Source: Macrostomum lignano
Lineage: Eukaryota
Assembly (NCBI GenBank): GCA_002269645.1
Contig: NIVC01000988.1
Span: 62,001-126,000 of the forward strand
Reading direction: 5' to 3'
DNA length: 64,000 bases
Shown here: positions 54,383 through 64,000 of the stretch, piece by piece
How the letters are laid out: the number at the start of each line of letters is the position of its first letter
Numbering within the stretch: position 1 is the stretch's first letter
Position numbers and translations under genes: made by a program
The notes under the pieces: model-generated
The model's database searches: none
The model's input: only the letters and a program-made list of their open reading frames with translations
Told to the model about the DNA's origin: nothing

Positions 54383-57300
54383 ATGACTAAGCTCCACGCT
54401 GCCAAAGGAGCGACATTCTGTCTGCAAATAAACTTACAGCATTGCGTATCTGCGTCAGTAAATCTGATGAAGATTGCTGAGCTGTACAGGCCAGGCCTCA
54501 TCCTGATCCAGGAACCCTGGATGCGCAACGGTAAGTTGCCCAACATTCCCTCTGGCTACTCTGATTTTTATGTGTTTGGCCCGGGGAACAGCCGCCCTAG
54601 AGCGGCTATCCTCGCTGCTAGCCATCTCCAGGCTTGGCTGAGGACTGATCTCTCTGATGGAGACCTTTGCGTCATCCAATCTAATCATTTCTCTCCGCGT
54701 ACGTGTCTTGTTGCCTCGGTTTATATCCCAGGCGACAGAGACCCTGCACCTGAGAGTCTACTGCGCCTTGCGCAGTACTGCGAGTCCCAGAACGCTGAGC
54801 TGTGCTTAGGGGGCGACCTCAACGCGCACCACAAGCACTGGGGCAGCAAAGATACCAACACTAGAGGAGAGGAGCTTCTGGCCCTTATCTCTAACACAAA
54901 CCTCATGCTCTGCAACCGCGGCAGCACTCCTACCTTTAATAATGGCAGATGGACCGAGGTCCTCGACGCCACACTCGTTACCCCAAGACTCTTTGACAGA
55001 GTTGAGGAGTGGAGAGTCTGGTCTGAGGAGCCCTCCCTGTCTGACCACTGCTTTATCGCCTTTAACATCGGACACTAAAACCCAGTCTCCGATCACTTGG
55101 AGGCGCAATATCCGCAACACTGATTGGGCGGCCTACAAAGCTGCCCTTGATCTGCACCTGCAGGAACTCACGGACTTACGTCCGATTGAGACCTGCGAGG
55201 ATGTGGATCATATGGCTGAGACGCTGACAGGTTGCATTATTGCAGCCTACGTAGCGGCTTGTCCTGCTCGCGCCTACAAAGGCAAGACCTCGGCGCCGTG
55301 GTGGAACCCGGAGCTGGGGAAACTCAGGCGGAAGGCCAAAAGCCTTCATCGCCGTGCCATGAAGACCGGAAACCCGGAGGACATGGAGCTTTTCCGGCAA
55401 GCCTACCGCAATTTCAAATCTGAAGTGCGCAAGGCCAAGGAATGTAAGTGGCACCAATTCTGCAATGAATTGGATCAAGACAGACCTACTTCTAGGCTTG
55501 TCAAGGCCCTTACAATGGACAAAATGTCCAAATTAGCCATGATCAAAAAAGATGATGGCTCTCTTACTAAAGACCCTGAAGAAGTGCTTCAGCATATGCT
55601 CAGCACATTCTTCCCGAGGGTACCTACTGCTAGACCGGAGCCCAACCATTCGATGGATGGAGCCACCCTAGCGGCGGGCATTGTCACTGAAGACCTAATC
55701 GCTCGTGCGGTCAGAACCTTTAAACCCTTCAAATCTCCTGTACCTGATGGTATCTACCCTGTTCTCCTTCGTGAAGCAGCCAAGATACCCTCGTTCCTGA
55801 GACTCACCCGCAATCTTATGCGGGCCTCTATCCAGCTGGGATATGTTCCCAAATGCTGGACTGAAGCTCGGGTAGTCTTTATTCCCAAACCTGGGAAGGG
55901 TGACTACCAAAGCGTCAAGGCCTTCCGGCCTATTAGCTTAACGTCTGCAATGCTTAAGCTCACTGAGAGGCTTATTCTCTGGCGGCTGCTGTCCTGCGAG
56001 CTGACAGCGATGCCCCTCAGCAATAATCAGCACGCCTTCCGTACCGGGAGGTCGACTGACAGCGCCCTGCATGCGATTGTCGAGAAGATTGAACGGGCGG
56101 TACTGGGTGACGGTTGCGCCCTGGCTCTCTTTCTTGACATTGTTGGCGCCTTCGACAACGTTATCTTTGAAGCGTTTCAGAGGGCCCTTCAAAATCGCAA
56201 AGCTCATGCTACCCTCATACGGTGGATCATGTACATGATCTCCAACCGTACGGTCACTGCCCAACTTCTTGGGCAAACTGCCTCCACCAGAGTCTGTAAG
56301 GGTGGACCCCAAGGCGGAGTCCTCACCCCGACGCTCTGGAACCTGGTCATGGACGCTCTTCTGAGTGACTCCCGACCCGACCCCGTCTTCAAAGTCGGGT
56401 ATGCTGATGACGTCACGGCCATTGTGGCAGGACCGTCTCCCAGCACGCTCAGGGATCTGATGCAGAGCTTTATCCGCAAAGCAGAATCCTGGGCCAATGA
56501 CAATGGTCTGGAACTCTCTGAGCCCAAAACCGTTGCCATTATGTTTACCAGCAGACTACGCTGGAACATACGTCCTCTGCAGCTCTACGGCAGAGATATT
56601 GCCTTCGCGCACCAGACCAGATGTCTCGGGGTCACACTTGACCACCGGCTCAACTGGTCCTTCCACGTGAAAGCAAAAGCCAAGCGTGCCTCAGCCATCC
56701 TGGCCCAGCTCCGACGAGCACTTGGCACTTCTTGGGGTCTATCCCCAAAGCGGCTTTGGTGGATCTATACTTCCGTAGTTAGACCTGCCATTACGTACGC
56801 CTCTGTTGTCTGGGTTAGCGCTACCCAGGTCAAAAGCCATGCAGACCTGCTCAACACGATCCAAGGCAGAGCGTGTAGGCTCATCTGCAACGCCACCAGG
56901 TCCACGCCCTTTGCTGGCATGGGAGCCTTCCTTAATCTACCGCCTCTTGAACTCTTCGTCAGGGGTGAGGCGGCTAGAACGACGCGGCGTCTAATCGATG
57001 CCGGCGTCAAATTCATTTACATGAGAGCACCTGCTAAGCGGAACCTTGTCCCGCATAGCGACCTGTGCCTCAACTTTCTCAACGAGTGTCAGGCCAATCG
57101 CGTCTTCACCGATGGCATTGCCTCAACGCTCAACCTGAGACAGCGCTACTCCGTAGCTATCGACTCGCGCGATAACATCAATGACCAATGGAACCCTGGT
57201 GAGCTTCATTGCTACACCGACGGTTCTAAGCAGTCAGCCAACACCGGCTTTGGTGTTGGAATCTTTCTGAACGGGAGGGTCATCGCAACCCACGCTCAAT

Positions 57301-58121
57301 ACACTGGGGTCAACTCCAGTGTCTTCCAAAATGAAGTTCTGGCCATCAGCTCCTGCACTGCAGAGCTTCTTGCCACTGGCGTTACTGGTAAGAACATCAT
57401 TTTCCATTCGGACAGCCAAGCTGCCTTGCACGCCATCAGTGGCTGCAGCGCCAACTCTGCTACAGTCCTCGACTGTATCAAACTCCTCAACGTGTTGGGT
57501 TCCGCCAACAAAATTACCCTTAAGTGGGTTCCGGGGCATGTGGGGATCCGAGGAAATGAGTTGGCTGACACCCTTGCAAAAGTTGGTGCCTCCGGCTCCT
57601 CTCTCGGCCCCGAACCTCTTGTCCCGATTCCTGGCTGTGTCATCGACTCGCGCATCAAAGCGTGGATCAGGACTCAGCACCGCTCGGCTTGGGCGAACTG
57701 CACCACCTGCAGGCAATCCAGAGGCGCTGTCCCTCAGCCCTCTCACCAGCTCCGGAAGCTCCTCTTGCGCCTCTCGCGCAGAGACATCCGGGCTGCCACC
57801 ATGACCCTCTCTGGTCACGGCTGCTTCTCCAGGCACCAGTACCTGCAGGGCAACGCCACCAACGCCACCTGTAGTTTCTGCAACTCAGGTGACGAAACCG
57901 CTGAGCATTTCGTCAGCATCTGTCCCGCCTTCACGCGGGCCAGACTCACTTACCTCGGGCCACACACATCTATTACTGAAGCGTGCAAACCCGAAAACTT
58001 TAATCAGCTCATGCGCTACCTTCGGGCCACCCGCAGGGCTGAACTCTCCTCTCCAGAGAGCACTATAGCTGCTGGCGACACTGGGGGACCTCCCTGGGCG
58101 GCGCCAACCCTCCGTCCATAG
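54383..58121 (+). pseudogene. LINE ORF2: AP endonuclease + reverse transcriptase + RNase H + CCHC finger, with a +1 frameshift near 55070
   Basis: QINLQH, IQEP, GDLNAHH, LDATL, SDH (APE); FRPISL, GGPQGGVLTPTLWN, GYADD (RT); YTDGS, SDSQAAL, WVPGH, GNELAD (RNase H); CSFC...HFVSIC (zinc finger). Confidence 0.95.
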
Positions 58122-58220
58122 CGACGCGTCGGCCGTTCAGGGACTAGCGGAATGGGCGCCCGCGCCTTCCCGCTGTGTCCCCTCCGGGACAGCCCTGCAG
58201 CTAAGTCAAGTAAGTCAAGT

Positions 58221-59257
58221 CTTACCCTGTGTCTCACCCTGTGTCACTAACCCTGTGTCTCACCCTGTGTCTCTTACCCTGAGTCTCACCCTGTGTCTCA
58301 CCCTGTGTCTCACATTCTTGTCTTACCTTGTCTTACTCTTACCCTGTGTCTCACCGTGTGTCTCACCCTGTGTCTCTTACCCTGTGTCTCACATTGTGTC
58401 TAACCCTGTGTCTCTTTCCCTTGTGTGTCACCCTGTGTCTCACTCTGTCTCTCACCCTGTGTCTCTTTCCCTGTGTCTTACCCTTTGTCTCTTACCCTGT
58501 ATATTTCACCCTGTGTCTCACATTGTGTCTCACCCTGTGTCACCCTGTGTCTCACCCTGTGTCTCTTACCCTGTGTCTCTTACCCTGTGTCTCACCCTGT
58601 GTCTCTTACCCTGTGTCTCTTACCCTGTGTCACTTACCCTGTGTCTCACCCTGTGTCTCTTACGTCTTACCCTGTGTCTCACATTGAGTCTCACCCTGTT
58701 TCTCTTTCCCTTGTGTGTCACCCTGTGTCTCACTCTGTCTCTTACCCTGTGTCTCACCCTGTGTCTCTTACCCTGTGTCTCACATTGTGTCTCACCCTGT
58801 GTCTCTTACCCTGTGTCTCACCTTGTGTCTCTTACCCTGTGTCTCACATTGTGTCTCACCCTGTGTCTCTTACCCTGTGTCTCACATTGTGTCTCACCCT
58901 GTGTCTCTTACCCTATGTCTCACATTGTGTCTCACCCTGTGTCTCTTACCCTATGTCTCACATTGTGTCTCACCCTGTGTCTCTTACCCTGTGTCTCACA
59001 TTGTGTCTCACCCTGTGCCTCTTACCCTGTGTCTCACCCTGTGTCTCCTACCCTGTGTCTCACATTGAGTCTCACCCTGTGTCTCTTTCCCTTGAGTCTC
59101 ACCCTGTGTCACCCTGTGTCTCACCCTGTGTCTCTTACCCTGTGTCTCACCCTGTGTCTCTTACCCTGTGTCTCACCCTGTGTCACTAACCCTGTGTCTC
59201 ACCCTGTGTCTCTTACCCTGTTTCTCACCCTGTTTCTCACCCTGTGTATCTTACCCT
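58221..59257. repeat. Same 12/14-bp minisatellite, right arm
   Basis: Contains a ~260-bp block (58471-58733) nearly identical to 51441-51700. Confidence 0.95.
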
Positions 59258-59467
59258 TATTTGTTAATTCGATAAAAAATTTGCGGAAGTAACGCCACAG
59301 AGAACGCTCGGAACGTCCAGACAGACGTGATTGACTAATTAAGTGATAAAAAAGTTCAGAAGTCGATGACAGACCCCGTGTATGAGCTAATTATTGCTTT
59401 GATAAATGTGAGATAGGGGAAAAGGTTCAGAGCGCCCGAAAGTCTTTCAGTACGACCGAACGACACG

Positions 59468-59740
59468 CATTGTGTCTATGACCTTCTACTGACAGCAAAA
59501 TCCATTGTGTCTATGACCTTCTACTGACAGCAAAATCCATTGTGTCTATGACCTTCTACTGACAGCAAAATCCATTGTGTCTATGACCTTCTACTGACAG
59601 CAAAATCCATTGTGTCTATGACCTTCTACTGGCAGCAAAATCCATTGTGTCCATGACCTTCTACTTACAGCAACACCAATTGTGTCCATGCCCTTCTACT
59701 GACAGCAACACCAATTGTGTCTATGACCTTCTACTAAAAG
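59468..59740. repeat. 35-bp minisatellite (CATTGTGTCTATGACCTTCTACTGACAGCAAAATC), ~7.5 copies
   Basis: Period 35 verified (59468, 59503); units decay toward the 3' end. Confidence 0.93.
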
Positions 59741-59954
59741 GAACACCCATTGAATCGTTATGCATGACCTATTCTGATAGCAATGCCCATGCCAATATAG
59801 ACTAGGACCGCTAAGCCTTTTTATGCATAAATTCATCCAATATGCTGTTTACAGACATTGCTACTTTGACTACTTTCAAGTAAAATGGTTGACACATGCA
59901 CAAAAAAGCAGGTAAATTTTCTTCAAAAAACAATTGAGGCACAGAATAGAGCCA

Positions 59955-60490
59955 CTGAGACGCCAAATAGGACTATTGAGGCTCCAAATTGATTATTGAG
60001 GCCCCAACTTGATCTTTAAAGCGCCGACTTGATTACTGAGGCGCCAAACGGTTTACTGAGGCGCCAAACGGATTACTGAGGCGCCAAACGGATTATTGAG
60101 GCGCCAAACGGATTATTAAGGCGCCAAACGAATTATTGAGGCGCCAAACGGATTATTGAGGCGCCAAACGGATTATTGAGGCGCCAAACGAATTATTGAG
60201 GCGCCAAACGGATTATTGAGGCGCCAAACGGATTATTGAGGCGCCAACTTGATGATTATTAAGGCGCCAATATGATTATTGAGGTGCCAACATGATTATT
60301 AAGGCGCCAATATGATTATTGAGGCGCCAACTTGATTATTGAGGCGCCAAATTGATGATTATTGAGGCCCCAACTTGATCTTTGAAGCGCCGACTTGATT
60401 ACTGAGGCGCCAAATGGATTATTGAGGCGCCGAACGGATTATTGAGGCGCCAACTAGATTTTTGAAGCGCCAACTTTATTATTGAGGCGC
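59955..60490. repeat. 20-bp minisatellite (GAGGCGCCAAACGGATTATT)
   Basis: ~26 units. Confidence 0.92.
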
Positions 60491-61761
60491 TTAAGATGCC
60501 GAATCTATTGATACGGATCTATTGAGGCCTAACAAAGTTTATGCTTGGTAAGCCACGATACCGCAGAAAATGCGGTGCAAAGAAAACGTGACACAGAGGA
60601 AACCAGGCAACAGGAGCAGAAAAACAGAAAAATGCAAGAAATTAAAAGAAAACAGCAGCAACGGACAACAAAATCTTGCCCTCATAATTATCTCTGCTGA
60701 GTTCATTCTGTAATTATCTTGCCGATAACTTGAAAGCGATGCAGGCCTTAACTCTCCTGAGACCTTTCCTCTCCTCTCCCCTCCTGCTTCTCAGCTCCTC
60801 TTCTGTTCCATCCTCGAGTTTTTAAAAGCTAGTCATGTGACTCGGCAAAAAAGAACAAGCAGTTCTTAGAAAGATGAAAACCATCTCGAGAAAATCCTAA
60901 TCTTAGCCGTCTTGAGGTGCGCAAATAAAATCGGGAACATTTTTTCTGTAACTGTAGTCTGCAACTCTTTCTTTGTTAAAGCAGAACAAAATTACGAAAC
61001 ATTGTCCCGCAACCAGTGCTGACTCCCGAGCACATGCAGCCAATACTGTACTCAGGCACGCACTCACACACACGCTCACACAGGGTTTACAGTGGGCCTG
61101 ACTTTCTCATCGTCAGGCATGTACACTGGCTGTGCCTTGGAGGGTTGGGCCTGCACGAAATTGAACCAGATAAATAAATGAGCACAATTATTAAGACGGA
61201 TGCTCTGTTCCGAATTCCAATGTCTAGCCTGAGCTGTTCACGAGAGCAATAACAGGCCTCTCTATTACTGGCCCTGCGCAGCCTCCTTCCCTTTCACCCC
61301 GCCCAGGCCCCATCAGCCCCATGACTCGTCTGTCACCATCCTATTAAAGCAGGCCTGCTATGTAATTAGCAGTCCCGTCCGCTCCCATTATTCCACCTGA
61401 GAGATGAGCGCGCAAAGCTAAGAAAGAAAATAAGAGGCTTGTAGAGCTTCCCAAAAAGTAGAATTTCGTGTCCGACTGTAACGGAATAAGCATAGAGACA
61501 GGAGATCCTGCCACGCATAAAAAGTGAAATCTGACATATCTGCGTGAGACGAGCAAGTTCAGAAGCCAAGGGTTATGGATGGACGGGGCTGACTTTAAAA
61601 AAGTAATGCGCGTGCCAGAAAAACAGGATAAAGTGTCTAATTCGGAACTTTATACAGTACATTCCCTGCTTCCGCAATATCCCAGCTCAGTCTCGCATTA
61701 AATCCTTGAAAAGGGAAAAATAGACAGTCTCTGCTAATGTCAGTGCAGTATTTATATGCAT

Positions 61762-61981
<220 letters not shown>

Positions 61982-62311
61982 TTCACGCGCTCTTTCCAAG
62001 TCTCTCTTAGTAGAAGTGCCCGTTAAGTTCTTCCCAAAACTCTGTAGCGGATTCTGCCTTCTGTGCTCGCTAAAAAATCTCCCCCTCACCCAGCCTCAAC
62101 CGAGCCTCATCAACTCCTCCTCTCACCCTGCTCGCTTTCCAAACCAATCCTCACATCGCGCCTGCATGACGCAAGCACAGCAGCAGCAGCAGCCAGTCGC
62201 AACCGTTTGAGAAATCCCTGCTGCTCTTTTTGCCCGCATATCAGGCCAGCAGCAGGATGAGGTTTCACTCGCCAGCAGAGCGACGTCGAAAAAGAATAGG
62301 AAAATCGGGGA

Positions 62312-63712
62312 ATGCAGAAAACGATTCGAGTCAACGATTCCCAGCTGTTGCACTTGGCCAGCAAGGCCAGGCGGAACAATGCGGCGGCGTCCACAATGGC
62401 TGGGAATTTGTTTAAACGCAGTCTGGACACGGGACGGTGGCAGTTACGCTACTTCATTCTGTACCAGAATCTGCTGTTCTACTACGAGACCGAGCGTAAC
62501 GACAGGCCATCCGGCGTAGCTCTGCTTGAGGGCTCCTATTGCGATAAGTTCGCTTCGGTTAAATTGCCGGACAGAACCGACCGGCAGCAACTGTCGGTAA
62601 GTTTTTGTAAAGAGCTTCTTTTGCGATTGCGACTAGTTTACAAATTTCGAAATTATTTCTAAATATTCGGTTTCTCTGAGTTTCTCTGAGCAATTGTAAA
62701 TTCATTTTTTTCATGGTTGCAGCACTGTTTTAGTATCTTCTATAAGAAGGACGGTCAACGGCACTACGACTTGCGTGCCGAATCGGAGACAGATTGCGAA
62801 GCCTGGGTTGAAGCGATTCGAAATGCCAGGTTTGTGGCTCAGATTCTGTTCGCTTTTGTGACTTATTCAATGGGTAGGGATGCACGGGATAGGTAGGGGA
62901 GTGAGATGGCGCTCTGAAGGGGTAGGAATGGATGGGAGAGATAGGAGATGGGAGAGATAGGAGAGTGAGGTGGCGCTCTGAAGGATAGAAATGGACAGAA
63001 TAGATAGGGGAGTGAGGTAGCGCTCTGAAGGGTAGGAATGCATGGGATAGATAGGGGAGTGAGGTGGCGCTCTGAAGGGTAGGAATGTACGGGATAGATA
63101 GGGGAGTGAGGTGGCGCTCTGAAGGGGTAGGAATGCACGGGATAGATAGGGGAGTGAGGTGGCGCTCTGAAGGGGTAGGAATGCACGGGATACGGGATAG
63201 ATAGGGGAGTGAGGTGGGGCTCTGAAGGGGTAGGAATGCACGGGATAGATAGGGGAGTGAGGTGGGGCTCTGCAGAGGTAGAAGAGAAAGAAAGGAGAGG
63301 GAAGGACAAGGCTCATGGATCAGTTACACATTAATCAAGGCACGCCATGCAGTTTGTAAACGGCCTGACAAATATACGAAGTTGAAATCGTTAAGCAGAT
63401 GTTCTCCTTGTGTGCGTCAGCAGAATAAATAAAGAAAACTCAATGCAACAGGTGGCCTATCGCTAATGATCCCGTTTTTCTGAATTGTTCAGCTGCATAA
63501 ATCAATCGCGAATCGACGTCATTGTAACGAAATCACCAAATAATAATATTTTTAGCTACAGTCGGCTCCAGGAGCTGAAGGAGGAGCTGGACCAGAAGCA
63601 CCAGCATTTGATGCACATCCTGGAGAGCGAGCGCCGATCAAAATGGAACTACGTCCAGCAGACTGAGGAGCTGGGTAGCGAGGTGCGGAAACTTCGTATG
63701 GAGATTCGAGAG
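62312..63712 (+). CDS. RASGRF: Ras guanine nucleotide-releasing factor, 5' part (PH1 domain + coiled coil); join(62312..62596,62723..62829,63556..63712), continues beyond the window
   Basis: MQKTIRVND...LFKRS..WQLRYFILYQNLLFYYE..RPSGVALLEGSYC...LRAESETDCEAWVEAIRNASY...QKHQHLMHILESE closely parallels the RASGRF1/2 N-terminus as recalled; GT-AG, phase-consistent. Confidence 0.92.
62870..63275. repeat. ~47-bp minisatellite (GGGATAGATAGGGGAGTGAGGTGGCGCTCTGAAGGGGTAGGAATGCAC) in RasGRF intron 2
   Basis: ~8 units. Confidence 0.9.
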
Positions 63713-64000
63713 GTTGGTCACATTTATTGGTGTCATCCATTTTAAAAGTTCGTCAAAAAATGCGAAAATTACCATCAGTAGCGCAAGGAATTGCTATCGT
63801 GTTAGCCAAGTATGCCCATTCGTCTTGCTGAATTAGTGACTACGAGCTTTAATGAATATTGTGCAACTTTCCAGTCCCTAAAATAACCTGCTCGGCCAAA
63901 ATTCCCAGAAGATCTCGTTCGCTCTCACCATCTCCCGCCCCCCCCTCTCTCCCTCTTCCTCCGCCCCTCTCCCCCTCTCTTTCTCTTTCTCCTCCCTCTA

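Larger units (their letters stand above)
52324..58220 (+). mobile_element. Near full-length non-LTR retrotransposon (LINE), LOA/R1/Tad1 group-like, ~5.9 kb
   Basis: ~0.5 kb 5'UTR, ORF1, ORF2 with APE-RT-RNaseH-CCHC, short 3'UTR ending in (TAAGTCAAG)2; both ends abut the same satellite. Confidence 0.95.

Overview
Eukaryotic (metazoan) genomic DNA, very rich in micro- and minisatellites, with GT-AG spliced genes. GC-rich exons, short introns and the satellite load suggest a flatworm such as Macrostomum (inference, not proven). Genes reconstructed by hand with phase-consistent splice sites: INPP1 (+, 5 exons, 387 aa); a large uncharacterised low-complexity protein (-, ~11.9-22.6 kb); an intronless rhodopsin-class peptide-receptor-like GPCR (+, 449 aa); a P2X ATP-gated channel (-, 7 coding exons, 396 aa, with a possible alternative long C-terminal exon); and the first three exons of a RasGRF gene (+, runs off the window). 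Mobile DNA: a near full-length LOA/R1-group-like LINE (ORF1 plus APE-RT-RNaseH-CCHC ORF2, three 1-nt frameshifts) inserted inside a minisatellite array, a decayed RTE-like 3' fragment, and a 2.2 kb ORF-less promoter-bearing element bounded by TGTAACC...GGTTACA. Most long ORFs in the supplied track are tandem-repeat artefacts. Best leads: inverted copies of one minisatellite bracketing a single P2X exon, the LINE-in-satellite insertion, the alternative P2X tail, and the motif-dense LTR-like element.
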